DNA of 64,000 nucleotides from Planctomycetota bacterium (GCA_947501605.1 CANMWZ010000021.1:1-64000), one strand, 5' to 3'. Counted from the first letter of the stretch, positions 29,930 through 40,151 are shown. Notes: generated by a model from the sequence alone, not told the origin. Numbers and translations: made by a program.

Positions 29930-30897
29930 GACGCGCCCGGGGCCATCGGTGCGAGCCAGCGGAAGTCGGTGTTGCCGCCGCTCAGGATCGCGCCGATGCG
30001 TTTGCCGCGCAGTTCGGGCGCGATCGCGCGCAGGGCCGCGAGCACCGTCGCACTGCTCGGTTCGACGACGAGCTTCATGCGTTCGACGAAGAAGCGCGCG
30101 GCGTGGAGCATCGCCTCCTCGGTGACATTCACGACGCGGACGCCACGCTGTAGCAGGATCTCGAAGTTGGGCGCGCCGAGCCCGGTCATCAGCCCGTCGG
30201 CCCACGTGCAGGCGTTCTCGACTCGCGGTTGCCGCGTGCGGGTCTGCATCGAACGCGCGGCATCGTCGACGGCGAACGGTTCGGCCCCGATCACGGCGCA
30301 CACGGGTCGCATCGCCGCGACGGTGATCGCCGTGCCAGCGCAGAGGCCGCCGCCGCCGACCGGGACGACCACGATGTCGAGGTCCGTAACGTCGGTGAGC
30401 AGTTCCATCGCCGCAGTGCCCTGGCCCGCGATCACGAACGGATCTTCGAACGGGTGCACCATCGAAGCGCCGCGCGCATTCTGCTCGCGCGCGCACACCG
30501 CGTCGCGATCCTTCGCGTCGCACAACACGACCTCGGCGCCGTAGCCGCGCACCGCGAGGATCTTCACCTCCGGCGCGGTCTTCGGCATCACCACCGTGCA
30601 CGGGATGCCACGACTGCGCGCCGCGAACGCGAGCGCGGCACCGTGGTTGCCGCTGCTGTGCGTGATGACTCCGCGCGCGGCGCTCTCGGGCGAGAGCGCC
30701 ATCACCGCATTCATCGCGCCGCGCGCCTTGAAGGCGCCGCACTTCTGCAGGTTCTCGGCCTTGAAGAAGACGCTGGCGCCGAGTTCCGCGTCGAGGGTCG
30801 CGGAGGTGACGATCTGCGTGCGATGCACACGACCCGCAATGCGCGCTGCGGCCGCGCGCACTGCGTCGAACGTCACCGCCGTCGCCGCGAGCACCAC
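29926..30897 (-). CDS. PLP-dependent serine/threonine dehydratase / serine racemase family enzyme
   Basis: FKAENLQKCGAFKARGA, HSSGNHG, GQGTAAME, PVGGGGL, EPSSA, LSGGN. Confidence 0.9.
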   Translation of the reverse strand: MVLAATAVTFDAVRAAAARIAGRVHRTQIVTSATLDAELGASVFFKAENLQKCGAFKARGAMNAVMALSPESAARGVITHSSGNHGAALAFAARSRGIPCTVVMPKTAPEVKILAVRGYGAEVVLCDAKDRDAVCAREQNARGASMVHPFEDPFVIAGQGTAAMELLTDVTDLDIVVVPVGGGGLCAGTAITVAAMRPVCAVIGAEPFAVDDAARSMQTRTRQPRVENACTWADGLMTGLGAPNFEILLQRGVRVVNVTEEAMLHAARFFVERMKLVVEPSSATVLAALRAIAPELRGKRIGAILSGGNTDFRWLAPMAPGAS

Positions 30898-30904
30898 TTC
30901 AGGA

Positions 30905-33037
30905 CTAGTGCGGTGAGATCTTCAGGCGACCGTTCTTGCGCTCGACGTCGAACAACTTGTTGCCGAGCGGCATGCCCTGCAGCTTGAAGTCCGGTTGGTC
31001 CGCCATGATCGGGTCGTCCTGAATCTCGCCGTAGCGGATCGCAAAGCCACCGGCGATGCGGAACGCGTTGTCGAGCACGTGGGCGTTGAGAAAGCGATGC
31101 ACGCCGCGGTAGCGCGAGCCGATGCCGGTCTCCGGGTTGTAGTGCTCGAACGAGTTTGGCGACTCGCTGCCCTCGATCGCACCCGACATCATCGTGATCG
31201 TCTTGCGCAACAGATCGCCGGCGAGCTTCTGCGCCTTCTTGTTGCCGCGCTCGGCCCACATCGTGAGGCCTTCGAGGATGTGGCAGTTCATGTTGGGCCA
31301 CACGCGACCATTCCACGGGCAGTTCTTGCGCGTGCCCTTCCAACGACCTGTCGCGTCGTAGTACGGATCGCTGATCGAAACGCTCGGAACCGGGTACTTG
31401 GTCCAGAACTCCTTGCGATCCCCGAGCGTGTCGAGCATGCGCTCGACCATCTTCGGGTTCGGGATGTCCGTCGCGAGGGGATAGAAGCCGACGGCTGCCT
31501 TGACGTTGGTCTTGCGGCGATTGTCGGGATCGAGGTCCATGAAGAGCCCCGCCTTCTCGTCCCACATCTTGCGACGAATCGTGTCCTGGATCACCTCGAC
31601 CTCCGCCTGGAAGCGGTTGGCCATAGCCTTCTCTTGGATCTCGTCAGCGACCTTGTGCAGCCACTTCACCATCCGGTAGCGATAGGTGCTCGCATCCACT
31701 CCCTTGAGGCGGAACTGCTCGAGCATCTCGACGGCGCGATCGGCCTTCTCGTCGATCACCGTGTAGCGCCGCGAGAACTCCTGTCCGGCCTCGAAGTGAT
31801 TGACGATGTCGGTGAGGCCACTGCCTTCCGGATCGCGGTTGTTGGCGAGCCACTTCACGTAGCGCTGCATCGCCATCAACACGGCCTTCTTGGTCGCCTT
31901 GTCGCTGTGGATCGCGTCGAGCGACTCGAAACCACCGCCCCAGTCGGCGTGATAGAAGTCCTGCGTCGTGCCGGCCATGAAGACGCGGCCCGGAACCTGG
32001 CCGTTGTGCAGCAGGTTGTCGAAGAACAGCTTGAGGCAGCCGCGCGCCAGCGTCGGGTCCTGGAGCCAACGCGCCTCGCGCATGATCGCGGGCGTGCTGA
32101 AGCTCGTCGGGACGTGGAACGGTCCGTTGCCTTCGCAAACGGCCGGCGAGCTGAAGTTGCCGGCCCCGTGCGGGGCGCGCAGCAAGTAGAGCAGTTCGAA
32201 GCGGTGCTTGACGACGCGCTCGAGCTCCTTCCAGTCGCACGAGAACTTCGGCACCTTCTCCCAGAAGGCCTGCCAGCTGTTCTCGTCCTTCGGATCGGGG
32301 CGGCGCGAACGGAAGTTGATGCCCTTGCCCTTGAAGATGACGTTCGCTTCGAAGCGATGCTGCGCCTTGCCGCCGGCCTTCAGCGGCACCACGCGGAACA
32401 GCCCGCAGTAGACGCGGCTGCCAGCAATGATCGGGCTCGGCTTCTCCATCACGCGCTTGGCGCGCGGCGTCGGCAGCTCTTCGAGGTCGTACCACGGGGT
32501 CTCCTCGTAGTCCGGCCGATCGCTGCCACCCTCGCAGAAGTAGGCCTGGAGGCAGCGGCCGCCTTTGCTGTCCGGCGACGAGTAATGAATCTCGACCGGG
32601 ACTTCGGGCTGGGCCTCGACCTTGAGGTTGCGGCGGATGCGATAGCTATCGCCTTCCAGACTTACGGGCTCACCTTCCGGGTCGGTCGTCGACCACATCA
32701 CCACGGTGATCTCGCGGTCTTCCTTGCCGGTGTTGTGGAGGTCGATCACGCTGACGAAACGGTCGTCCTGCGTGATCGAGCGACGCTCGACGACGCGCAG
32801 TCCGGTCGCGTCGACGTAGCTCAGGATGGCCTTGCCCTGCTCCAACTCGACCTTTTCCAGTTGCAGCGCTCGCGGCGCACCCTTCTCGACGAAGGCCAGG
32901 GCGTAGAGCGCGGGGAGCGGCGCGTTGGAGATGAGGACCTCATCTGCAAATCCCGGCGCTGTCTGGAAGCGCGGGAAGCGCGGAGCGCTCAGGCAGTAGC
33001 CACCACCGGCGAGATCGATCTTTTTGTTATGGTTCAT
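30905..33037 (-). CDS. Glycoside hydrolase, GH63/trehalase-like (alpha/alpha)6 (MGH1-like/amylo-alpha-1,6-glucosidase-like)
   Basis: MWDEKAGLFMD, FWTKYPVPSVS, WNGRVWPNMN, FEHYNPETG; ATG at 33037. Confidence 0.7.
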   Translation of the reverse strand: MNHNKKIDLAGGGYCLSAPRFPRFQTAPGFADEVLISNAPLPALYALAFVEKGAPRALQLEKVELEQGKAILSYVDATGLRVVERRSITQDDRFVSVIDLHNTGKEDREITVVMWSTTDPEGEPVSLEGDSYRIRRNLKVEAQPEVPVEIHYSSPDSKGGRCLQAYFCEGGSDRPDYEETPWYDLEELPTPRAKRVMEKPSPIIAGSRVYCGLFRVVPLKAGGKAQHRFEANVIFKGKGINFRSRRPDPKDENSWQAFWEKVPKFSCDWKELERVVKHRFELLYLLRAPHGAGNFSSPAVCEGNGPFHVPTSFSTPAIMREARWLQDPTLARGCLKLFFDNLLHNGQVPGRVFMAGTTQDFYHADWGGGFESLDAIHSDKATKKAVLMAMQRYVKWLANNRDPEGSGLTDIVNHFEAGQEFSRRYTVIDEKADRAVEMLEQFRLKGVDASTYRYRMVKWLHKVADEIQEKAMANRFQAEVEVIQDTIRRKMWDEKAGLFMDLDPDNRRKTNVKAAVGFYPLATDIPNPKMVERMLDTLGDRKEFWTKYPVPSVSISDPYYDATGRWKGTRKNCPWNGRVWPNMNCHILEGLTMWAERGNKKAQKLAGDLLRKTITMMSGAIEGSESPNSFEHYNPETGIGSRYRGVHRFLNAHVLDNAFRIAGGFAIRYGEIQDDPIMADQPDFKLQGMPLGNKLFDVERKNGRLKISPH

Positions 33038-33304
33038 GCCGCGATGAGGTCTGCCGTGCACTTTGGACGCGCACGAGCGGAAGACTCGTGTTTCGCCCTG
33101 GCGGAAGGGTCCGATTGGGCGACCCGTTGCAAGATGTCAAGTCCCTTGGAGTTACAGCCACGACTTCATGGGCGCAGCACCCACAGAAATCCGGTCGTGC
33201 CGTAAAACGCCGAGGGATGGAGTGCATCTTGAACACCTTCCCGCATCAGTCAAGCCTTTTCGTCCAAGCAGCCAGCGCCGAGACTCTCGCGACCCGCGGG
33301 CACC

Positions 33305-33741
33305 ATGACGAACTTCCCGACCGCGCCCGAGGAACTCTGCGCCCGCCTGCGCGCCGCCAACGCCCACCGCGCGAAGCGTCCGGACCCCGAAGCGGAGGCG
33401 CGGATCGAACAGACTTTTGGCTGCTGCCGCCGGCTCGCGGCCTACGGCACACTAGCCCCCGGGGAACGAACCACGGCGAAGTCGCCGATCTCGGCGGCAC
33501 GTGGCAGCGAGGCTTCGTCCGGGGCCGGCGCGGGCAACGCACGTTTCCGGTGTTCTCCTGGGACGAAACCCACGGACCGACCGCGGTGCTCGTCCTGGAG
33601 AGCCCGGCACTGGCTGCACGATGGCGAGCACTCGACGCGTTCGAGGGCGTCGATTACCGGCGCATCCTGGTCCCGGTGCACCTTCTGGACGGCACGCTGA
33701 CGGTTGCAAATCTCTACGCCGCGGTCTTGCCGGTGCCGTAG
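33305..33741 (+). pseudogene. Gamma-glutamylcyclotransferase (AIG2-like) gene interrupted by a 1-bp deletion near 33467, or a sequencing error
   Basis: LAAYGTLAPGE in one frame continues as NHGEVADLGGTW...LDAFEGVDYRR...ANLY in another; the 437-bp span is one base short of a whole number of codons. Confidence 0.8.
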
Positions 33742-33896
33742 CGAGACGACCTTCGGCGGCAGGGACACCGAAGACGGGGATCGGAAGGGCAGCAACCGGC
33801 TCTGTTCTCGGACGCCGAAGACGGCAGAGCACGGCGCCGCGCAGGTTGAGACTCGGACTCCGATTTCTGCTGTCAACGCCGCGCTTGCCCCCACTC

Positions 33897-34643
33897 TCAG
33901 CCCGCGCCGTCAGCGCGCAGGCGCGTCACTACGTCGGCGAGCTCCTCGGCCAGCGGATCGATCAACTCCAGTTGCTCGCCGCTCACGGGATGGAGCAACG
34001 ACAAGCGCGCCGCGTGCAAAAACAGACGGTCGAGCCCGTAGCGAGCGCGATACAGCGCGTTCCGGCGGGCCTTGCCGTAGCTCACGTCGCCGATCACGTG
34101 GCGTCCGCTCACACTCAGGTGCCGGCGAATCTGGTGATAGCGCCCCGTCGCGATGCGACAGCCGAGGAGCGCCGAGCGACGAAAGGTCTCGACCACCCAG
34201 AACTCCGAATGCGCCGCACGCGCGATGTCCTTGTCGTCCTTCAACGGCTCGGTGCTGACCCAGCGCTCGCCCACTTGGGGCCGGCTGCCTGACCATCGCG
34301 CGAGAGCCAGATACTCCTTCTGCGCTGTGGCCGCCGACAGGCTCGCCTGCAATTGCGCGGCGAGGGGACGCGAGAACGCGTAGACGAGGATGCCTGATGT
34401 CGCGCGATCGAGGCGATGCACCGGGAACAGGAACTTGCCGAGCTGGTCGCGCACGATCTGCAGCACGGCCGGCGCGTCGGGATGCCGCTCGTCCCGATGC
34501 ACCAGCAACCCACTCGGTTTGCTGATCGCGACGATGCTCGCGTCCAGGTAGAGCACCTTCAGGGCTATCGGTGCGGGCGCGGCATTGCGCGGCTCCAGCG
34601 GCATTGCCGGCGGCACGGCGGCGGGATCGGTAGGGTCGGTCAC
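33897..34643 (-). CDS. truC: RluA/TruC family pseudouridine synthase
   Basis: KPSGLLVHR, VHRLDRATSG catalytic motif, TGRYHQIRRHL, IGDVSYG, LFLHA; start codon uncertain. Confidence 0.85.
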   Translation of the reverse strand: MTDPTDPAAVPPAMPLEPRNAAPAPIALKVLYLDASIVAISKPSGLLVHRDERHPDAPAVLQIVRDQLGKFLFPVHRLDRATSGILVYAFSRPLAAQLQASLSAATAQKEYLALARWSGSRPQVGERWVSTEPLKDDKDIARAAHSEFWVVETFRRSALLGCRIATGRYHQIRRHLSVSGRHVIGDVSYGKARRNALYRARYGLDRLFLHAARLSLLHPVSGEQLELIDPLAEELADVVTRLRADGAG

Positions 34644-34769
34644 AGAGGCGAGACGCCGGGACCGGCGCCGGCACGCATCGGACCCCTTCACTGCGCCGGC
34701 CGCAACCGCTCCTTGTAGAGGTGGCGCTTGCTGCGCAGCGCCGCGAGCCGCTACACGAAGCCTCGTGAA
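34307..34769. repeat. Left copy of an imperfect direct repeat (truC 5' half, intergenic region and GTGAA)
   Basis: Blocks 34307-34325, 34359-34489 and 34742-34769 recur in the same order at 56950-57140. Confidence 0.9.
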
Positions 34770-34922
34770 TCTGAGTTCGCCGCTCCGGTTGGAGCGCGAG
34801 GCAGCCGACGCCGGGGCTCTCCATCGAAGGACGCATGGGGGCTGGCGAGGTGCGAGCGTGTTGGCAGTCAGACTACTCGCTCTTCTGCCGCTCGACGTCG
34901 ACCGTTCGCGCGACCCAGCCCA

Positions 34923-35303
34923 TCAGCCCGCGGGCTTGGCGCGCAATCGCAGCGACCGACCCAACAAAGCCAACCCCACGCCGATCAACCCGTACACGGC
35001 ATAAAGACCGAACTCGAAGGGGAACAGCGAGTGCCCCCCGTGACGCGCGAGATCGACCGCGGCCCAGACCGGGAAGCCCGACATCGCCAAGAGACCCGCA
35101 AGCCTCGGCACTCCGAACAGCAGAGCTCCGGCCACGACCGCGAGTACGCCGCCGAACATGAGCATCGCAAGCGGCTCGTCCCCGAGCGGGTGGTGCTGCA
35201 AGTGGGCGAGGACGAAGGCGCCCACGATGCTGGCGAGCGCGACGGCCGCGATGCGCGGGAGCACGCGGACGTTCGACGCGGGTAGGGCCTTGGACGTGGT
35301 CAT
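34923..35303 (-). CDS. Small hypothetical membrane protein (about 4 TM)
   Basis: 126-aa hydrophobic ORF with HSLFPFE motif. Confidence 0.65.
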   Translation of the reverse strand: MTTSKALPASNVRVLPRIAAVALASIVGAFVLAHLQHHPLGDEPLAMLMFGGVLAVVAGALLFGVPRLAGLLAMSGFPVWAAVDLARHGGHSLFPFEFGLYAVYGLIGVGLALLGRSLRLRAKPAG

Positions 35304-35401
35304 GGCTTGGTCGGCGGTGGCGAGTTCTCAGGTGAGGCGCAGCGCAAAGTGCGCGCACTCAGGGCTTCGCTGACACTCGGCTGCTCGCGCCACCCCAGCC
35401 C

Positions 35402-36275
35402 TCAGCGCCTTCCGGAACCTTGTCGCTCGAACAACATCGTGCGCCCGTGAATGGCTTCTGCGTCGAGATCCAGCAGGATTGCGTGCAGACGCCCGATATC
35501 GGGCGAACTCGTCGGCAGTGAGGTTTTTCGTCGCATCCCCCACCGCCTTGCTCGAAAGCGACAGGTAGTCATCGATCTCTGCCCTCCGATCAGCCTCCGG
35601 CCTGTTGTTCCAGTCGCGCAGTCGCTCCCAACGAGCTGCGGCGCGGGTTTCGCTCAGCATGCCGTAGACATCCGCAAGCTCTTGCCGCCTCTTCGTATCC
35701 ACCCATACAACCAGCTTGCCTTCCTGCCCGCTTCGAAGGGCTGCTGGACCGAGCTCTACGTATACGCAACCCTCGGGACAAGGTGGCGGGGCCTCTCCCA
35801 CAGGGAACGTGATGTACCCACCGGAGCGGATCAATTCCTGCACGGCCTTGTAGAGGTACATGTCTTTGAGCGCCTCGATTTGGCTCCAAGATCTCTGAGC
35901 ACTACTCAAACTTGCATCCTTCTCCGAGCGAACAAGCTCCATGTCACCCCCGGCAATTATGTTGTCGCACACATTCGAAAGCCACCTGACAGCGTTCGGA
36001 GTGACCAAGCCCATGGAATGTACCGGTAGGTTCGCCGTGCCTTGAGCAACTGTGAGTTCTGAACTGACGCCACTTGGATCTTCCGAGGATTGGGACGGAG
36101 TCGATGCGGGGGCGCTATATCGAATCAGCCCTTGGCCATGCTCTGTTGCGGCGGCAGCCCACCTCTCCGGATCGAAAAAGACCAACTCGGACGGCTCCCG
36201 ATCTACGCGCGAGCACTGAATCCAAGTCAGCAGCAACGCGGCGAGAGCAACTAGAAGAATGGCCGGGGCGCGCAT
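35402..36275 (-). pseudogene. Hypothetical membrane-anchored protein with a probable +1 frameshift near 35492
   Basis: MRAPAILLVALAALLL N-terminus; after DEFARYR the alternative frame gives RLHAILLDLDAEAIHGRTMLFERQGSGRR*; the sequence is visibly more AT-rich than its neighbours. Confidence 0.5.
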
Positions 36276-36622
36276 CGAGGTCACTCTACGAGATGCTGTA
36301 GACATCCTAGTCATGGGCATGAACAGGTCCCTTGGCATGGCCAAAGAGGCGGCCCGCCGAGGCGGCGGGACACCCATAGCGGGCCACGGCGCAGCCACCG
36401 AACTTCGGGGCTGGCCTCAACCCAGGGGGTTTGCCGCCACTACATCTAAAAGAGCAGCCTAGGAGTCTGAGCCACGGCAGTCGAGCCGGGCGCCATTCGT
36501 GAACTCAGCACGTCCGGATCACGTGGGCGATGTGAGCGGCTTCGGCGATTCGTGCGTCGACCAGACGACTTTGACCCTCAGCCGCGACCGCCTGTCGGCG
36601 CTCGTAGGTCTCCAGCGGCGAG

Positions 36623-36895
36623 TCAGACGGCCCGCCGCGAAGTGCCTGGAGCCGCAGCGCCGCGGAGCAGGCCCGCGACACTCAGATCCTCGTCCACTTC
36701 GGGCCAGTGGAGCCCCTGGCCATCGCCGAGGAACTTCCAGTTTGCACGCTGTTCCGGCGTTGCGTGGAGGAGGCGCGGAAACCAAGCCAGCGGAACACTG
36801 AGGCGGCGACCGTCAGCCAGTTCGACCGACAACTCGTCATCGGAGACCGCAGCGCCCACTGCGCGCGGGTCCACATTAGGCTCCGAAGTAGTCAT
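36623..36895 (-). CDS. DUF2442 family protein (antitoxin-like partner of DUF4160)
   Basis: LSVELADGRRLSVPLAWFPRLLHATPEQRANW...GLHWPEVDEDLSVAGLL is the characteristic DUF2442 pattern. Confidence 0.9.
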   Translation of the reverse strand: MTTSEPNVDPRAVGAAVSDDELSVELADGRRLSVPLAWFPRLLHATPEQRANWKFLGDGQGLHWPEVDEDLSVAGLLRGAAAPGTSRRAV

Positions 36896-37111
36896 GCCAT
36901 GCCTCCAAGAACGGCTGCCTATGCTCGCTCACTTGCCGCTCGAGCCGCCGAAGTTGCTGGCCACTGAACCGGCTGGACGCGGCCAAGGATACCGGATCGA
37001 GCCAGAACTTGGCGAGTGCTCCCGCCTGCTCGATGTGGATGTGCGCCGGCTCCGACCCCTCGTTGGAGTAGAGAAGAACCGCGTCGAACCGATCCGCAGG
37101 ACGGTTGGCAT
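36876..37111 (-). pseudogene. DUF4160 family protein (HicA-like toxin candidate) with a 1-bp deletion near 37072
   Basis: MPTVLRIGSTRFF then shifts to YSNEGSEPAHIHI...AKFWLDPV...FLEAWHDYFG; ttc ttc tc tac lacks one T. Confidence 0.8.
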
Positions 37112-37374
37112 CTCGTGCCATGGTAGCGAGAGCCTCGAACTGGATCGTAGATCCTCGAGGGATGCTTTCGATCGGCGACCGCACGTCATCCAACTCTGAC
37201 ATGGCGCGATGTTCGGATCGGCGTACCAGGGAAGGCGAGCCCGTCTCTCGAGCTGACGAACAGCTTCCTGAAGTTTCGAGTGCTCGCTGCGCAGCCCGGC
37301 CCGCGTCACGCATTGCCTGACCGCACAGAGGGCGGCCCCCCTTCTCGACTCATACCCCACCGCTACGGCCCTAC

Positions 37375-37992
37375 TCAGCGCGCCAGTTCGCGATCGATCC
37401 GATCGACCACTTCCCGATCGACGATCGCGTTCACAGCAGCCTCGGTCATCGCATCCGCCGTCACCTTGACGACGTGCCGATCGCGCAGCACGACCGTCAC
37501 CTCGCCGTGGCCGTCCTTGAACTTCACGAGCGCACTGTGATCGCCATACTTCACGATCCGGCCGCCCGAGCCAACTACCCTGTCCGGGTCCTCGAGCAGG
37601 CGCGCGAAGGCTTGGACCAGCGGCGAGTCGGTCGAGACCTCGATGTCGAAGCGCGCGTCCTCCGTACCGCGATAGCGCCGCTCGACGTCGAGCCCGAGTG
37701 CCGCGATCTCCACCGCGAAGGGATCCTTCGCGGCGGTCGCGGGCGCGACGTCCTCGTGCGTGAACCCTGCCGGCGTCGGCAGGATGGCGAGGACCGCGGC
37801 GCGCTGACGTTGCTGCACCACGAGAATCGCATGCCGCAGCGCGGCAACCGTGGCGCCGCGCTCGTCGCGCGCGAACGCGCGCTGGGCCTTTTCGATCGCA
37901 GTAGTGAACTCAGCACCGTTCGACGCAGGATCCTGCCCGAAGGAAGCCGCCAGCAGAGCGACGAGGAGACCGACCGGAGCGAGCTTGTACAT
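37375..37992 (-). CDS. Hypothetical secreted protein
   Basis: ATG at 37992 (MYKLAPVGLLVALLAASFG signal peptide), just downstream of the peroxidase gene. Confidence 0.65.
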   Translation of the reverse strand: MYKLAPVGLLVALLAASFGQDPASNGAEFTTAIEKAQRAFARDERGATVAALRHAILVVQQRQRAAVLAILPTPAGFTHEDVAPATAAKDPFAVEIAALGLDVERRYRGTEDARFDIEVSTDSPLVQAFARLLEDPDRVVGSGGRIVKYGDHSALVKFKDGHGEVTVVLRDRHVVKVTADAMTEAAVNAIVDREVVDRIDRELAR

Positions 37993-38027
37993 GGAGCAGA
38001 ACGGGCCGCGCGCAGCGGCCCGCGAGA

Positions 38028-39038
38028 TCACTTCACCGCCAAGCCTTCGGGCAACTCGCCGTTCAGCGCCTCGAGGAACGCGACGATCGATGCGACCTCG
38101 TCGTCCTTGAGCGTGCGGTTCAACTGGATCTTCGCCATGAGCGCAACGATCTCGGGCAGAGTCTTGACCGCGCCGTCGTGCATGTAGGGCGCCGTCTTGG
38201 CGACGTTGATCAGCGACGTCACCTTGAACATCTTCTTGTCGGCCTCGCTCTTGGTGACCTCGAAGCGACCCTCGTCCTTCGACGGATACGCGGCCGTCAC
38301 GCCGAGCTTCTGGTACATCTGCCCGCCCATGAGGCGCGTCGTGTGGCACGCCGTGCAGCCGACGTCGATGAACGTCTTCAGGCCGATCTTCTGCGGCGTC
38401 GTCAGCGCGCTGTTCTTGCCGTCGAGGAACTCATCGAACGCCGTCTTGACCGCGAGCTTGCGCGCGAACGCGCCGATCGCCAGCTTGGCATTGGCGGCCG
38501 TGACCGTGTCGCCTGCACCGAAGGCCTTGCCGAAGGCCTCGACCAGCTCGGGCTTGCCCTTGATCTTGCCGACCAGGTCGGCGTCGTCGGCCAAACCGTG
38601 CACCGCATCCTCGACCGTCGCGGCGCGACCGTCCCAGAACTGCGCGAACTGTCGATAGGCGTTGACCGTCGACAAGGCCTCGCGCTGGCCCTCGACCGGG
38701 GCCTTGGCGTTGGTGCCGTGGTTGGTCAGGTCGTGGCACGTCGAGCACGCCGCGTCACCGGTCTTCGACAGCTTCTCGTGATACAGCAGTCGGCCGAGCG
38801 CGGCCTTCTCATCGGTGACCGTGTTGTCGCTCTTCGGGGCCGGAGGCTCGCTACCGAAGAACGCCTTCAGCACTTCCTTGTCGAACTTCGGCGGTGCCGC
38901 CGGCTTCTTGCCGGGCTCCTGCGGCGATGCGACTGGCGCCAACTCGGCGATGACCTCGGTCACGCTGCCCGAACCGTCGGTCGCTGCGAGGAGGAAGGGG
39001 ACCAGGGCCGCCAACGCGAGGAGAGGCTTGTTGTTCAT
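38028..39038 (-). CDS. Di-heme cytochrome c peroxidase (CCP/MauG family)
   Basis: LGRLLYHE, CSTCH, QFWDGRA, CTACH, DEGRF, FKVTSLINVAKTAPYMHDG, MAKIQL; ATG at 39038. Confidence 0.88.
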   Translation of the reverse strand: MNNKPLLALAALVPFLLAATDGSGSVTEVIAELAPVASPQEPGKKPAAPPKFDKEVLKAFFGSEPPAPKSDNTVTDEKAALGRLLYHEKLSKTGDAACSTCHDLTNHGTNAKAPVEGQREALSTVNAYRQFAQFWDGRAATVEDAVHGLADDADLVGKIKGKPELVEAFGKAFGAGDTVTAANAKLAIGAFARKLAVKTAFDEFLDGKNSALTTPQKIGLKTFIDVGCTACHTTRLMGGQMYQKLGVTAAYPSKDEGRFEVTKSEADKKMFKVTSLINVAKTAPYMHDGAVKTLPEIVALMAKIQLNRTLKDDEVASIVAFLEALNGELPEGLAVK

Positions 39039-39092
39039 GGTGGTGTCGGACCGACGCCCCGAGGGTGTCAGCAATTTCGTTTGGCTGCGAAG

Positions 39093-40124
39093 TCAGCGCA
39101 TCGAACGGCGAGCGGCCTCGCGGTATGCGCCCGATGCCTCCCTCCAGTTACTCTGGAGTTCGTAGAGCCGACCGAGTGCGAACCAGGCTGGCGCCCCTTC
39201 GCGCTCGAGTGCGCTGCGCAACAACGGCTCGGCCGCGTCGAGCCGCTCGACCGCGAGGAGCGCCTCGCCGAGAGCCAGCGCCACCGCGGTGTCGTCCGGG
39301 AGCTCGCGGTGCACGGACTCCAGCAAATCGCGCGCATCCGGCTGACCGATGCGCCAGGCGGCCACCGCCTGCCCAGCCTGCGCAGCGATGTCGTGGCCGT
39401 CCTCCGTGAGCATGGCTTCGAACTCCTGCAGCGCGTCCTTCGCCTTCCCTGACCGCAGGAGCTGCCAAGCCTGCAGCATCCGCGTTGCGTGCTGCCGCAT
39501 CGCTGACGACGGCCCGAGCGACCCGTGGTCCTGCCGCGCGAGTTCTTCTTTCGTGATCAGGCCGAGCCCGACCTTGAGTCGCCCCGCGACCTCACGCGCC
39601 AACGTGATGACGTAGCCGCGCCGCAATACGTCGATCACCCGCGACGTCCGATCCACGATGTAGACCGTCGGGAAGGCGATCATGCCCATGCGCTGGTAGG
39701 CGCTTCGATCCGCGTCCCAACACAGCCGGAACGGAGCCGACAGCTTCTTTGCCGCGTCGATGACCGCTCCGTCGCGTTCCTCGCCGCAGAAGACCAGCAG
39801 GATCGAGCAGCGCCCGCGGCCATCGCCGAGCGTCTCGACCTGACTCGCCAATTCGTCGAGGAAGCGCACGCACAGTTCCTTGTCGCGGTGCAGGAACGCG
39901 ACCACCAAAGGCCCTTCGACGTCCTTGGCCTCGAGGGCCGCGTTCAGGGACGACGTCGAGTCGTCCGTCGCGAGCTTCAGCGGGAAGTCGGGCATCGGAT
40001 CGCCCTGCTCGGGACGTTGGTGCGTAGCGGCCCCGGACTCGACCGGTGCCTGCGCTGGGGCAGCCGCGATCGCCGCCGCGAGCAGCAGGATCGAGAACCT
40101 AAGTCGGGCGAAGCAAGTCATCAT
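39093..40124 (-). CDS. Secreted redoxin (thioredoxin/peroxiredoxin-like fold) plus TPR-repeat protein
   Basis: GDPMPDFPL, AFPTVYIVDR cis-Pro motif, C-terminal TPR-like helices; no CXXC. Confidence 0.7.
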   Translation of the reverse strand: MMTCFARLRFSILLLAAAIAAAPAQAPVESGAATHQRPEQGDPMPDFPLKLATDDSTSSLNAALEAKDVEGPLVVAFLHRDKELCVRFLDELASQVETLGDGRGRCSILLVFCGEERDGAVIDAAKKLSAPFRLCWDADRSAYQRMGMIAFPTVYIVDRTSRVIDVLRRGYVITLAREVAGRLKVGLGLITKEELARQDHGSLGPSSAMRQHATRMLQAWQLLRSGKAKDALQEFEAMLTEDGHDIAAQAGQAVAAWRIGQPDARDLLESVHRELPDDTAVALALGEALLAVERLDAAEPLLRSALEREGAPAWFALGRLYELQSNWREASGAYREAARRSMR

Positions 40125-40151
40125 GGCACAGTCCTCTTCACGGCCGGGTGG

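Noticed and set aside
30995..33205. Long antisense or alternative-frame ORFs (also 42014-44500, 60685-63006, 48949-50961, 28520-30544, 21091-23082)
   Set aside because: Shadows of real genes in high-GC DNA; Arg/Ala/Gly-rich with no motifs, while the overlapping frame has clear family signatures
36395..36450. GGCAAACC on the minus strand resembling a riboswitch start
   Set aside because: The downstream GAAA loop and GACGCAAA elements are absent
34770..37370. Searched for an integrase, transposase or terminal inverted repeats at the island edge
   Set aside because: No recombinase motifs or terminal inverted repeats recognised, so the island call rests on the direct repeat and cargo only
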